Part shown: positions 19,470 through 29,968 of the stretch, piece after piece | Position numbering within the stretch: the stretch's first letter is position 1 | Layout of the letters: each line of letters opens with the position of its first letter | Source of the DNA: Spirochaetia bacterium | GTDB lineage: Bacteria > Spirochaetota > Spirochaetia > SZUA-6 > Bin103 | DNA: 64,000 nucleotides | Assembly: GCA_965208575.1 (NCBI GenBank) | Contig: CBDBOV010000005.1 | Location: 128,001 to 192,000, forward strand | Direction: 5' to 3' | Notes under the pieces: generated by a model | Seen by the model: the letters and a program-made list of their open reading frames with translations, nothing else | What the model was told of the DNA's origin: nothing | The model's database searches: none | Made by a program: the position numbers and the translations under genes

Positions 19470-20657
19470 GTGAAACGTCCCAAGAGACTGTCCGCTGCTT
19501 TCGTTCGCACCGTCAACCGTCCCGGCCGCTACGGCGAGGGACGTGGCGGGCTCGGTCTGTCGCTCATGGTGAAGGAGCGGAAAGGTGGTGGCCTGGCGAA
19601 GTCATGGAGCCAGCGGCTACGCATCAACGGCAAGCCGTCCAACGTGGGCCTGGGCCGCTATCCCATCGTGACGTTGGCGGAGGCACGTGAGAGGGCGTTG
19701 GAGAATGCGCGAGCGGTCGACCAAGGGCGCGACCCACGCGACCGATCGCGGATCCCTACGTTCGAGCAGGCCGCCGAGAAGGTGATCCGACTTTACGAGC
19801 CGACATGGCGCACCAGCGGCGCCGACTCGTCGGCCGCGGTATGGCGTTCGTCTCTGGAGCGATACGTGTTCCCAAAGCTCGGCAGGAAGCCGGTGAGCGA
19901 GATCACCACTGCCGACGTGCTCGCGGTGATCGTGCCGATCTGGCACACCAAGGCGGCGACGGCGAGCCGGGTGAAGGGCCGCATCTCGTCGATCATGAGA
20001 TGGGCCATCGCGCAGAACTACATCGAGAACAACCCTGCCAGCGACGTGGTGGCGGCGGCGCTGCCGCGAGCCAGAACCCCGAGACAGCATCACCTGGCCC
20101 TACCTCATGAGGAGGTCGGAGCAGCTCTGCAGAAGGTGCGCCACTCGGACGCCAGCCCGGCGGCGAAGCTGCTGTTCGCGTTTGCTACTTTCACGGCGAG
20201 TCGAACCGCCGAGGCTCGGCTCTCTCGTTGGTCCGAGGTCGATCTTGAGAAGCGCGTCTGGACCGTCCCGGCGGAACGCATGAAGGCCAAGCGGGAACAC
20301 CGGGTGCCGCTGGCCACGCAGACGTTGCAGGTACTGGCGAACGCTCAGGACTTGGCTGACGGCTCGGGACTGATCTTCCCGTCGCCCACCCGACCGGGAC
20401 CGCTGGGCACGAATACCCTGAGCAGATTATGCAACCACCTGCGCCTGGGCTGCACACCGCACGGGATGAGAAGCAGCTTCAGGACGTGGTGCGGCGAGAC
20501 GGAGCAACCTCGCGAACTGGCCGAGCAGGCACTTGCACATGTCAATCCGAACCGCGTCGAGGCAGCCTACATGCGCTCTGATCTCTTCGAGCGACGAAGG
20601 GAGTTGATGGAAGCCTGGAGCGATTACCTCGTCAACCGATTGGACAGAAGGGGTTGA
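19470..20657 (+). CDS. Tyrosine recombinase/integrase, P4-like with N-terminal arm-binding domain
   Basis: GLG.YP.VTLAEARE arm domain; catalytic R (SRTAE), K (MKAKREH), HGMR, LAH, Y (AAY). Confidence 0.92.
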   Translation: MKRPKRLSAAFVRTVNRPGRYGEGRGGLGLSLMVKERKGGGLAKSWSQRLRINGKPSNVGLGRYPIVTLAEARERALENARAVDQGRDPRDRSRIPTFEQAAEKVIRLYEPTWRTSGADSSAAVWRSSLERYVFPKLGRKPVSEITTADVLAVIVPIWHTKAATASRVKGRISSIMRWAIAQNYIENNPASDVVAAALPRARTPRQHHLALPHEEVGAALQKVRHSDASPAAKLLFAFATFTASRTAEARLSRWSEVDLEKRVWTVPAERMKAKREHRVPLATQTLQVLANAQDLADGSGLIFPSPTRPGPLGTNTLSRLCNHLRLGCTPHGMRSSFRTWCGETEQPRELAEQALAHVNPNRVEAAYMRSDLFERRRELMEAWSDYLVNRLDRRG

Positions 20658-20771
20658 CCAATCGCCGTCTACGAGGTAGGACAGGGTTCGGCGGACGCAA
20701 GGCAATGATTTGGCCCAAAACATCGTGCCGACCGGTCGACAGAATCGGTCGTATCTTCGTCTATTGTAATC

Positions 20772-20954
20772 TTGAGGAAGCCAGATGTACTGAAGCTGAT
20801 CAGTTTATCACCGACTACGTTGCGGCGCGCCGGGTACGTGCCGGGGACTTTCCGGCACCTGTCCGGCTCGGGGGCCGGGGGTCACGCGCCGTCGGCTGCG
20901 ACGCGCGGACGTAGAGCGATGGTTGGAGGAACGGCCGAAAGCTTAGTGCTCTGA
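20772..20954 (+). pseudogene. AlpA-family regulator/excisionase, frameshifted
   Basis: RKPDVLKLISLSPTTL.R in one frame, FPAPVRLG...AVG in another. Confidence 0.65.
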
Positions 20955-21070
20955 TTCGTAAGTTCGGTGACGTATTCTCGACCGCGTGGCCTCATGGCTA
21001 GCATCACGGTGCCGACGCGATGCGGCGATCATGCAATATCCAATCGCAACCATACTTACGAAATGCACTA
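20944..21070. mobile_element. ~127-bp MITE with IS630-like ends (copy 1)
   Basis: TAGTGCTCTGATTCGTAAGT...ACTTACGAAATGCACTA; near-identical copy at 22439-22447 plus 23890-24010. Confidence 0.6.
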
Positions 21071-21394
21071 AGCTAAGCGTTCAGACGAATCCATGATTCG
21101 GTCGGTAGTCGGTCCGCATCGATGGCATCTGTGTTCGAAGTACTGCGTAACGGGCAGAGTACCGGCAGGGCACCTCTTCTCTGCCTCTCAGGCGTATCGG
21201 GTCAGAGCAATCTCGTACCGCCTAGTGGGTTGTTCTTCGCCGGGAGTTCTCACTTTGACAAGCGATCCCTTAGGAGTCAAACATGCCGTATCGGTTGACA
21301 TGTCTTCGCAAAGTTTCGCCAGGCCGCGACGTCCCGCGGACCGTTCTGGCTCCATCTGTACCGTGCTGCTCTCTCTGCCGCCGAAGAGACAATC

Positions 21395-22390
21395 TTGAGG
21401 AGTCCGGTAGTGTTGGTATCGCCTTGGTTGCAACTATTCCAGGCACATCTGAGCGTTCTGCAGCCACGAACGCTGACTTGGCGTTGCGATCTCGGCACAG
21501 GCGCAGAAATGAGGCGCGCATACTCTGGCTTGTATGGCCGTTACTTTGCCCGTGCGCTCCTCGCGAGCGTACTCGGGTTCACGGACTTCATCCCGCTAGA
21601 GAGGAATCGCACCAATATAAACGGAGGCGTGACGGTGAACCGTGTCGCGAATGGTGATATCCCGGACTGGATCGCTTGGGATCCGCAGGGAAAAGGCTAT
21701 GTACTTGGTGAAGCCAAAGGCAGGTTGACGGGTAATCTGCAGGACTATCTTCTTGGGACGCCAGTGTGTATCACTAATGGGAAACAACAATTCGGGCGAG
21801 TCGAAGTGAGAGACTCTGCGAATAGAGTAATTTCGACCCGCGATTGGGTTGCGGTGAACCGTTGGTCGACCGACCGGCGTGGCGAGCCGCCAGTCTCGCT
21901 GTTGTGGGATCCACCGGGTGATGGCGAGCCCCTCACGGGTGAGGAGGCAAGTCGCCATGCCACCGCGATCCGCCGGCACCGCCTTGAGGCAATTGCCCAG
22001 CGGCTGGGACATTCAGATTTTTTCGTGCGGATCGGCGCAACGGGTTCCACAGACGGTCCGCCGTTGTTGGACACTGGTGACGAACAAGAGAATCCCTTCG
22101 GACAGTTTGATCGACAGTCCGCCGAACCGTACGAGGACTACTACCAGGCGGCGATCGTGACGGCGCTGGGGATACGCCCGATACGTGACCGAAATGACTT
22201 CGAGGACGCTTTGACCATCCAGGTACGCACGTCCGACAATGACGAGCCCGCTATGATTTTTGGCTTGGCGAAAGGGGCATCCACGATGTCGGAACGTGGA
22301 CAAGCACCATGGTTATCGGCGAATGGGATCGCATCCACTGATGGCTCGGCTCTATTCGACCTGAAGAGCGTGGAGATCGAGCGTGCATAG
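21395..22390 (+). CDS. Hypothetical PD-(D/E)XK-type nuclease (N-terminus probably frameshifted)
   Basis: IPDW...GEAKG...KQQ motif pattern; lower GC than the backbone. Confidence 0.55.
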   Translation: MRSPVVLVSPWLQLFQAHLSVLQPRTLTWRCDLGTGAEMRRAYSGLYGRYFARALLASVLGFTDFIPLERNRTNINGGVTVNRVANGDIPDWIAWDPQGKGYVLGEAKGRLTGNLQDYLLGTPVCITNGKQQFGRVEVRDSANRVISTRDWVAVNRWSTDRRGEPPVSLLWDPPGDGEPLTGEEASRHATAIRRHRLEAIAQRLGHSDFFVRIGATGSTDGPPLLDTGDEQENPFGQFDRQSAEPYEDYYQAAIVTALGIRPIRDRNDFEDALTIQVRTSDNDEPAMIFGLAKGASTMSERGQAPWLSANGIASTDGSALFDLKSVEIERA

Positions 22391-22514
22391 GTATGCCCAC
22401 TTTGTGCAATGCTCATCCTGATCGCGTTCCACTTACTAAGTGCTCTGTGAGCTGGTCCCGGAAAAACGGACGGTATGGTAGAGTGTATCCAAGGCCACGA
22501 GGAGGGCCAGCAAG

Positions 22515-22799
22515 ATGGCGACGAAGAGGCGTCGGTTCACAGCGGAGTTCAAGGCGAAGGTAGTGATGGAGGCGCTGCGGGGAGACCGGACGATCCAGGC
22601 GATCGCGGCCAAGCACGAAATACATCCGAACCAGATCAGCAGTTGGAAGCGGCAGGCTCAGACCGGTCTGCGGGACCTGTTCGCCGACGGCCGGAGCCGG
22701 CGGCAGAAGGAGCACGATGAGACCATTCACGACCTGCATGCCAAGATCGGGGAGTTGACCGTGGAGCGCGATTTTTTAGCACGCGGGCTCGGGCGCTGA
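22515..22799 (+). CDS. IS3 transposase OrfA
   Basis: KRRRFTAEFKAKV...IHPNQISSWK...KIGELTVERDFL; T-run at ~22772. Confidence 0.9.
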   Translation: MATKRRRFTAEFKAKVVMEALRGDRTIQAIAAKHEIHPNQISSWKRQAQTGLRDLFADGRSRRQKEHDETIHDLHAKIGELTVERDFLARGLGR

Positions 22800-22819
22800 G
22801 CCGGGCCGAGCGACGAGAG

Positions 22820-23656
22820 ATGATCGACCGCGAGCACGAGGGTCTGAGCATCAGCCGGCAGTGCCACCTGATCGGGCTGAACCGGTCGACGCTGTACTAC
22901 CGAGCGGTGGGCGAGAGCGCTGACACGCTCGCGTTGATGCGCCGCATCGACGAACTTTATCTGGAATGTCCGTTCTACGGCAGCCGGCAGATGATGCGCC
23001 ATCTGGCACGCGAGGGAAAGCGGGTCGGTCGGCACCGGGTGCGGCGGCTGATGCGGCTGTTGGGGCTGGAGGCGATCTACCGCAAGCCACGCACCAGCGT
23101 CGCGCACCCGGACCATCGGGTGTATCCGTATCTGCTGCGAGGGCTTACGATTGAGCGCCCGAACCAGGTGTGGTGCGCGGACCTGACCTACATCCCGGTG
23201 CAGGGAGGATTTCTGTACCTGGTGGCGATCATGGACTGGGCGAGCCGGCGGGTGTTGGCCTGGCGGCTGTCCAACACGATGGACACCTCCTTCTGCCTGG
23301 AGGCGTTGGCGGACGCTCTGGAAGACTTCGGCATTCCCGAGATCTTCAACACCGATCAGGGCAGCCAGTTCACCAGCATCGCGTTCACCGGCCAGTTGGA
23401 GGCGACCGGGATACGGTGCTCGATGGACGGGCGCGGTCGTTGTCTGGATAACGTATTCATCGAACGGTTGTGGCGCTCGCTGAAGTACGAGTCGGTATAC
23501 CTGCACGATTTGGAGGATGGCTTCGAGGCGCAGCGGGTGATCGACGGGTGGATGGCATTCTACAACGAGACCCGACCACACTCGGCGCTCGGCGGGCGTA
23601 CGCCCGCGGAAGCGTACCGCGACGGGGTGGCGGAACAACAGCAGGAGGTGGCGTAG
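22820..23656 (+). CDS. IS3 transposase OrfB (DDE)
   Basis: WCADLTY, FNTDQGSQFTS, DNVFIERLWRSLKYE. Confidence 0.92.
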   Translation: MIDREHEGLSISRQCHLIGLNRSTLYYRAVGESADTLALMRRIDELYLECPFYGSRQMMRHLAREGKRVGRHRVRRLMRLLGLEAIYRKPRTSVAHPDHRVYPYLLRGLTIERPNQVWCADLTYIPVQGGFLYLVAIMDWASRRVLAWRLSNTMDTSFCLEALADALEDFGIPEIFNTDQGSQFTSIAFTGQLEATGIRCSMDGRGRCLDNVFIERLWRSLKYESVYLHDLEDGFEAQRVIDGWMAFYNETRPHSALGGRTPAEAYRDGVAEQQQEVA

Positions 23657-23886
23657 CGAACAGGAACGGCAGGCGCTTGGCATGGGGTGCAAGGGCATCC
23701 GAGGACCAACGGGAGCGCGAGCAGTGGGGACGAAGTATCCACATATCCACAGGCTCGCTCACCCCCTCCCCGGACCCCACCCCCATTACCGCCGCCTGAT
23801 CATCTCGACCAGGAGGGTGGGTTGACAACGAACGAGATGCACTCTACAATATCCCATCCACTGTCCAACCTATCGGGTCCACGTCA

Positions 23887-24010
23887 CTGATTCGTAAGTT
23901 CGGTTACGTATTCTCGACCGCGTGGCCTCACGGCTGGCATCACGGTGTCGACGCGATGCGGCGATCATGCAATATCCAATCGCAACCATACTTACGAAAT
24001 CGTGTACTTA
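23887..24010. mobile_element. IS630-like MITE copy 2 (left end split by IS3)
   Basis: Near-identical to 20951-21064; AGTGCTCTG left tip lies at 22439-22447. Confidence 0.6.
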
Positions 24011-24150
24011 GGCCGATGCCTTGTGTGCACAGCGGACCGGATGTGACCCTATCCTGTGTCTTCATCAAACGTCAGAGGGTCGGCACGACGACCATTGTGC
24101 CAGCCTGCCAGCGCGCCCGTGATGCTCGGACACTCGTGACTGGCCATCCA
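24009..24150. repeat. Diverged ~140-bp direct repeat (second copy ~28625-28768)
   Basis: Shared TAGGCCGATGC, GATGTGACCCT, TCAAACGTCAGAG and CCGTGATGCTCG blocks. Confidence 0.6.
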
Positions 24151-25176
24151 TAGAGTGCGTCCGAACTGCGCGGGCTCCTCCATCCGGACGATACTCACCA
24201 TGGCCGGTTCGGCGGTGCACCTCGCAATGCCCGCAGCGGTCGAGTGCTCGCGCGGCGTGCCAAGCCCTGGAGAACAGAGATCGTCCCGGCGCCGTCGCAT
24301 AGGTGCTGAATGCCACCTCACCGGGCCGCGACTTCGTAGTTGCTCTCATAGCGGGTCGGATTCGCGGGAGTCTCGTCCTACCCTGTACTCGGATCCGGCG
24401 GGCGTCTTGAGATGATCCGTTTGCCTTAGGCTGTTCGACTACGCCATTATCTTATCTATTTGTAATATCTGTAAGGGTTTACCTGTTGTACCAATATCCC
24501 GTTATTGCTTTCGCAACCCCTTGATCGTTTCGGATCATCCTTGATTCGCTTCGAGCTGGCGCCGTGACGCGTGCGTAGCCGGTAATCGCAACCGTGGCCG
24601 GCTCCACCATCGCGGCGCCCACAATCCCTGAACATCTCGCACGCGACTTGGGACACCGTCAAGACGGTCGACCTGAGCGGCCTGAGCGGTCCGACGCTGA
24701 CGTTGTACCGCCGTCGGCACCGACTACAGCGGCGGCGTGAGCGAGCCGTAACATGAGCCTTCGCGGCAACGGCCGGAGGCTGCGCCGGTGGCGGCACTCG
24801 ACGACGAGCTGGCGACCTCCGTGCGTCTCGACTACTTTCGTGATAAGGGGGGGCGACTCTCCGCGGCCGTCAGGCTCGGGGGTCGGGGTCACGCGCAGTT
24901 GGCTGACACCACGCGGACGTAGAACGGTCGTGAGAGACGCTGTATCAAGCGTAAGCGATCGCTGTGGCCGGAAGCGGAGGAACCCGATCCGGGGGGCCTG
25001 TCAGACATCAGCGAATGGGCACGGCTGCCATTCGAGATTTTCGTCCAGATCAGCCGCACTCGCTTGAACCCAGGTCTACCGGTCTAAGCGCGCGTGTGGC
25101 GTCCGGGTAGCCCAGGGCGGTTGCCCGCCCCAGGCCCCCACAGTCCCGTGCGAGCGCGATTGACGCACACGGTTCC

Positions 25177-26493
25177 TCAGGTCGTAGAGTTCGCTGCATA
25201 GATGGACTGGACGACACGAACGGCCGGCAGCGGATATCGGGCCAGCAACCGCGCAAAGCAGGCCCACGTGAGGCGTCGTCCACCGCGCCGGTTCAGCCAC
25301 TTCAACCAGAGGCGCTTGGCGGCGTCGTGGAAGTACCCCAACGAGCGCCCATTGCCGGTAATGCCGTAATACCCATAGTGGCCCAGCAGCTTGCGCCGGA
25401 GGGCCGCTTGCTGCGCCCGCAGAGGCTCGTGCCGATGGCGCTTACACCACACGGCGAGTGCTCGTAACGCACGGGTCAGCCGGTCGGAGGCGGTTTTCCG
25501 CTTCACGATCCACTTCCCGTTGCGCGAGCGCCCCCAATAGTGCGTGAATCCCAAGAATGGAAAACTCGCCCCGTGGTGGGCTGTCGCGTTCCCTCCCGGC
25601 GGTCGAAACTGAAGCATCCGTGTCTTTTCCTCGTGCACGGTCAACCCGTACTTCGCGAAGCGCTTTGGTAACACGCGCAGCACGTTCTCGGCATCGCGCC
25701 GGTCGCTGAACGTCAGTACCGCATCGTCCGCAAAACGCACCAGGAACGCCCGCCCCCGCAGGCGCGGTCGGACCACCTCATAGAACCATCGGTCGAGTAC
25801 CTCGTGCAGATAAACATTGCTGAGCAACGGCGATAGTACGCCACCTTGCGGTGTCCCCTGCTCCGGGTAGGTCACTGAGCCATCTTCCATGACCCCTGCC
25901 TTTAGCCATTTTCCGATCAATCGTGTGATCACTCCATCTCGCATCCGCTGTGCCAGAATCGTGCGCATGGTAGCGTGTGACAGCGTGTCGAAATACTTTC
26001 GTATGTCCAGGTCTATCACCCAACCGCCCCCTTGACCCATCATCTGGTCCCAGAGTGCTTGCAGCGCCGTGTGCGGCGATCGCTTCGGGCGAAAGCCGTG
26101 TGCACAGCTTAGAAAGTCTCGCTCGTACAGGGGCTCAAGCAGCATCTGTACCGCCCGCTGAAGTACCTTGTCCTCGAAGGTCGGTATCCCGATCGGGCGG
26201 GTTTCTCCGCCCTTCCCTTTCGGAATGTGCGCCCGCCTTACCGGCGGCGCGCGGTACGTTCCCGCCTTCGCCCGCTCCAGCAGTGATTTCAAATTCTGCT
26301 CCAGGTTCTCCCCGTACTGCTCGGCAGTCTGTTCGTCAACTCCAACTGCACCATCCTTCCGGGTACGCCGGTAGGCTTCGTACAGCCACTCCAGATCCAT
26401 GTGATACGCCAGCGACGTGAATGCCACGCCGGCGTGGATTCTCGCGTTCTCTGCTATCTGCTGCTGTTTCGTTAACACGTTCCCGGATTCCAT
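25177..26493 (-). CDS. ltrA: Group II intron reverse transcriptase/maturase, no endonuclease domain
   Basis: GVD, RPIGIPTFEDK, GFRP, GTPQGG.LSPLL.NVYL, RFADD, FLGF, maturase GHYGYY. Confidence 0.93.
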   Translation of the reverse strand: MESGNVLTKQQQIAENARIHAGVAFTSLAYHMDLEWLYEAYRRTRKDGAVGVDEQTAEQYGENLEQNLKSLLERAKAGTYRAPPVRRAHIPKGKGGETRPIGIPTFEDKVLQRAVQMLLEPLYERDFLSCAHGFRPKRSPHTALQALWDQMMGQGGGWVIDLDIRKYFDTLSHATMRTILAQRMRDGVITRLIGKWLKAGVMEDGSVTYPEQGTPQGGVLSPLLSNVYLHEVLDRWFYEVVRPRLRGRAFLVRFADDAVLTFSDRRDAENVLRVLPKRFAKYGLTVHEEKTRMLQFRPPGGNATAHHGASFPFLGFTHYWGRSRNGKWIVKRKTASDRLTRALRALAVWCKRHRHEPLRAQQAALRRKLLGHYGYYGITGNGRSLGYFHDAAKRLWLKWLNRRGGRRLTWACFARLLARYPLPAVRVVQSIYAANSTT

Positions 26494-26971
26494 CGCATCC
26501 TCCATGTTTCCCCGCACCAGTTCTACGACTTGACGCCCTCCTTCCCTCCGCCGGGTCCGGTGCGGCGACCGTTCCCCCGCTTCCTCGGTACTATGGGGGC
26601 GCTAAGACTGCTCGTTGCCCTTCCCGCCGCGCTTCGTTGCCTTCGCTTGGCGGTACCACGACCGCACCCGCTGCTTCGCTCCTGCACGTTCACGGGCGCT
26701 CTCCCGTGCAGGCCCGGACGTTGGTGTGCCGGCGTCCCTCCGGCTCTCCCGTCATGGAGACATCGAGCTCTCCCAGGTTCCTGGGCCACCCGCTCCGCAT
26801 CTGCCCTGCTCTCCGACCCCGACCGGGCCGCCGTGCCTCGCCATTTCGGCACGTACGGTGCTGCCCCCGCATTTGTCGACTACGAAGGCCCCAGCGAGCA
26901 TTCTCCTTTCGAGGCTCAATCACACGGCTTCTGCGGTCGCTGTCTACGCTTCGCCCTCAGGGTCGCCCCTG

Positions 26972-27541
26972 GGGTGCCAATGCCAAAAGCGGCAACAGGG
27001 GTTGACACGATCAGGCGGCTTTGATCTGGCAGTCGTCAGGAGGACTGAAGTAACGCTTGAGATCGCCGTTGAGCAGAGCCAGACGGGTGCGTAGCACGCA
27101 GCGGTTGTCGTGCGGTCGCCATCTCATCCCGTTGCCCTTGAAGCGCCGACCGACAACCAATTTGCACTGCCCTTCGACCAAGCCACTGCCGATCGGCCAC
27201 CCGAGATCGCGGTAACGGGCATAGTCCATACGGTCCTGGCCACCTCACCGCCAACCGTGATCTGGTTGGCGGATGTCGGCTCAGCGAGTCCGGCAACCAC
27301 TTCCTGCACCATCTCGTCGCCGATCCAGTTCACCATCTCAAGGATCTTGGCTTCCGCCTCCTGGAGATCCATCCGGCCGCCGTTGATGCGCCCTTGCAAC
27401 TCCTTGACAAGGCCCTCGGCGGCCGCTATAAGTCCTTCCGTATTCATGGTCTACCTCCCCATGGTGTGGTGTCGTGGGGTAGGTAGACCTTTTTTCTGCC
27501 CCAGAGTCAATGATTTGCTACCGCTTTCGGCGTTCGCACCC
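26972..27541 (-). mobile_element. Internally deleted ISKra4-family element (570 bp)
   Basis: IRs GGGTGCCAATGCCAAAAGCGG / GGGTGCGAACGCCGAAAGCGG; 9-bp TSD TCGCCCCTG; transposase N-terminal and C-terminal (GWPIGSGLVEG...GMRW) fragments only. Confidence 0.85.
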
Positions 27542-28348
27542 TCGCCCCTGCCGACGCAAGACTCGCTTCCGGCTGCTTGCTATGCTTTACCGGATGGGAT
27601 TGGCTACCCACGGGGTGGCTAAGAAAGGTTTCTGATGTCTATTTCATCTTCCTCCTTCCCCAGGCTTGGCCTGGCGCGACGACAATTAGGATGAGAATCA
27701 GTGTCGCAACGAGACACAGGGTGGGCGTAGGTTGGTTGCGTTGTGCAAGGGGCTCCAAATGTACAGTCCCTGTCGCTGAGCGCGCCGGTCAAGAATGAGC
27801 CAGAATGCCGGTCAGGCGTGCATTTTATTGCATAAATGCTCAGGACATGGGGGTATCGGACCCCAGCCCGACTCGTGGAGGGGCCTTGGCGGGCCGCTGA
27901 GAGCGATTTCGCTTCGTCGGCGGGCGCCGATATGCAGATATGCAGTGCACGGGTCACTGATGGCCGCCCGGACCAAGTTGTCGGCGTTCTCCAACTCGCC
28001 GCCGGTGGCGCCGGCGCGGTCATCCCTGGCTTCCAGGAGTTGTCGGACCAGTTCGGCAGTGACCGTGAGGAATCCCGGTCGGCATCGTAGCGGTCCCAGG
28101 GCCGCCGGGGGCGGCCAGGTCAGGACTTGAGGAGCGCAGCGTACGTGCGGCGGGTTCGCTCAGTCCCGCCGGAACCGGCGGGCCGGTTCGACGCCCTCCA
28201 GTGTGGCAAGATCAAGGGTGCCAATCGCGTGCTGTGCGGGCGCGGACTCCAGGAGACTGTCGAGCAGGCCGTCGAAACCACGCTTGGTACCCATCCTGAA
28301 GGTGGAGCAGGGTCGTGCTGCATCTGCCAGAGTTGCGGTCGAGTCGGA

Positions 28349-28564
28349 TCAAGACCATCGGTCACTGTCGACCTCGGCAGCCGCTGCGCGCCGGCGTTTG
28401 TTTTCGATGGCGGTGCGCCGGCGTTTGTTTTCGACGTTGAGTTCAAAGATGGTGGCCCGGTGCACCAAGCGGTCGATGGCGGCGACGGTCATGGAGGGCT
28501 TGGGGAAGATCTTGTCCCACTGGCCGAACGGCTGGTTGGCGGTGATCAGCGGGGAGCGCTGTTC
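28349..28564 (-). pseudogene. istB: IS21 IstB C-terminal fragment
   Basis: YEQRSPLITANQPFGQWDKIF...AAIDRLVH; short tandem duplication (ENKRRR twice). Confidence 0.75.
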
Positions 28565-29326
28565 ATAACGTGTACTGATCACAGCTCGAACAGGACGCTG
28601 GTCTCGGCGTGATCCTTGGTGACGTAGGCCGATGCGTTGCGTCACAGGGGACCAGATGTGACCCTGTCCTGCGTCTTATCAAACGTCAGAGAGTCGATAC
28701 GACAGCCATCCCAATGGGCCAGCCCTGCCCGCGCGCCGTGATGCTCGAACATCCGTGACGGGCTATCCTCGAGCGCGTCCGAGGCGGACCCGAGGGCGGC
28801 CCGCACATTCCAGCCGCAGCCGCCGTGCGTGCGTATCTGACGTGGCGGCGAGCCGAATCAGGACGGAGCTGTGCGGGCGCCTCCATCCGCCGATACCCAC
28901 AGCCGGTGCGGCGGTGCACCTCCCGAAGTCCGACAGCGGTCGAGCTCCTGTTCGGCGTACCTGGCAGCAAGTCGACGCTCGCACGAGGCCGTTCTGCCCA
29001 AATGCTCCGCAGAACGGAAATGCAACGGGGACGGTGACACTGAGCGACGTGCGCTCTGTTTGACGTAAGCGCCGGACCTACCACACGATAGGCCTCATGA
29101 GAAAGTTTGACCAAACCGCAAGAGTAAGGGGCGGACGCCTACATGAAGGAAGAGCGGCGGCCCACACTCAGCGTATCGCGAAGGCAGAGGACGACGCCGC
29201 GGCCTCAAACGTTCAACGGGCCGCATCGACACTCAGTGCACCGGCGGTCGCCGTCGCTCGCCATTTCGCGGATGCCTCATCGCGTCTGTAAAGCCTCCGT
29301 GCCGTAGGCCCTACGGTGTCCCCAAG

Positions 29327-29962
29327 ATGAGCAACGATCCAAAAGCGCCGGAGATCACGATTGACGAGCTCACAAAAAGCGTCGACGAAATTGCTCAAAC
29401 CCAAAAGGCGAGCAAGAAAACGGAACGTCGGAGGTTCGTAGTCCTCGCGATAGCGCATCTTGTAGTTGCCGCATGCACGGCGTTCAGTCTCTATCTTCAC
29501 TACGACGAAAAGCGAAGGTTAGAATCCCAAATACAGAGGACGATGCGTACCGACTTGGAGCTCCAGATCCTACCATATAGCATAGTAAAGAGCCGCATGA
29601 ACGGTAACTCATTCGAATGGCGCGATGCCATCGTTGATCTTCCCGATCACCTCAACACGACAGAAAATGAGGCTGTCATCGTGGTTGTAAATCCTAGTGA
29701 CGTAAGCACAGGAGATGGATGCATCCGCGGTTCTCTGTGGGTTCCCCCAAAGCCGAAAATAACACTAGGCGATATGTTCAAAACTGAGATGGCGTTCTCA
29801 CCAAAGAGGGGCGAGGCTTATTTCACTGGGTATGTTTATGACAAAGACTTTAAGTCGGAGAATCTCCGGTTTCTTAAAGATTGCAAGAAAGAACAACCAC
29901 TCGTAAGGGTCAAGTTTATCCCATTCACACCACCAACAACCTCGAAGCCGAAAGAAGGGTAG
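29327..29962 (+). CDS. Hypothetical protein with one N-terminal TM helix
   Basis: FVVLAIAHLVVAACTAFSLYL; low GC; 6 bp upstream of the next ORF. Confidence 0.6.
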   Translation: MSNDPKAPEITIDELTKSVDEIAQTQKASKKTERRRFVVLAIAHLVVAACTAFSLYLHYDEKRRLESQIQRTMRTDLELQILPYSIVKSRMNGNSFEWRDAIVDLPDHLNTTENEAVIVVVNPSDVSTGDGCIRGSLWVPPKPKITLGDMFKTEMAFSPKRGEAYFTGYVYDKDFKSENLRFLKDCKKEQPLVRVKFIPFTPPTTSKPKEG

Positions 29963-29968
29963 TAGAAT

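Larger units (their letters stand above)
22448..23886 (+). mobile_element. IS3-family insertion sequence
   Basis: IRs TGAGCTGGTCCCG / TGACGTGGACCCG (reverse complement), 3-bp TSD CTG, orfA and orfB. Confidence 0.9.
25101..27680 (-). mobile_element. Group II intron (RT-encoding) with mini-ISKra4 inserted in domain I
   Basis: 5' end GTCGCGCCAGG at 27680; domain V GAACCGTGTGCG...CGCACGG and domain VI ...CTACCCGGAC ending ~25101. Confidence 0.85.

Noticed and set aside
24456-24560. AT-rich C-terminal gene fragment
   Set aside because: No start and no recognisable family.
25177-26493. RT as a retron, DGR or CRISPR-associated RT
   Set aside because: It has group II intron motifs, a maturase domain and flanking intron domains V and VI; differences among repeated gene fragments are not adenine-specific.
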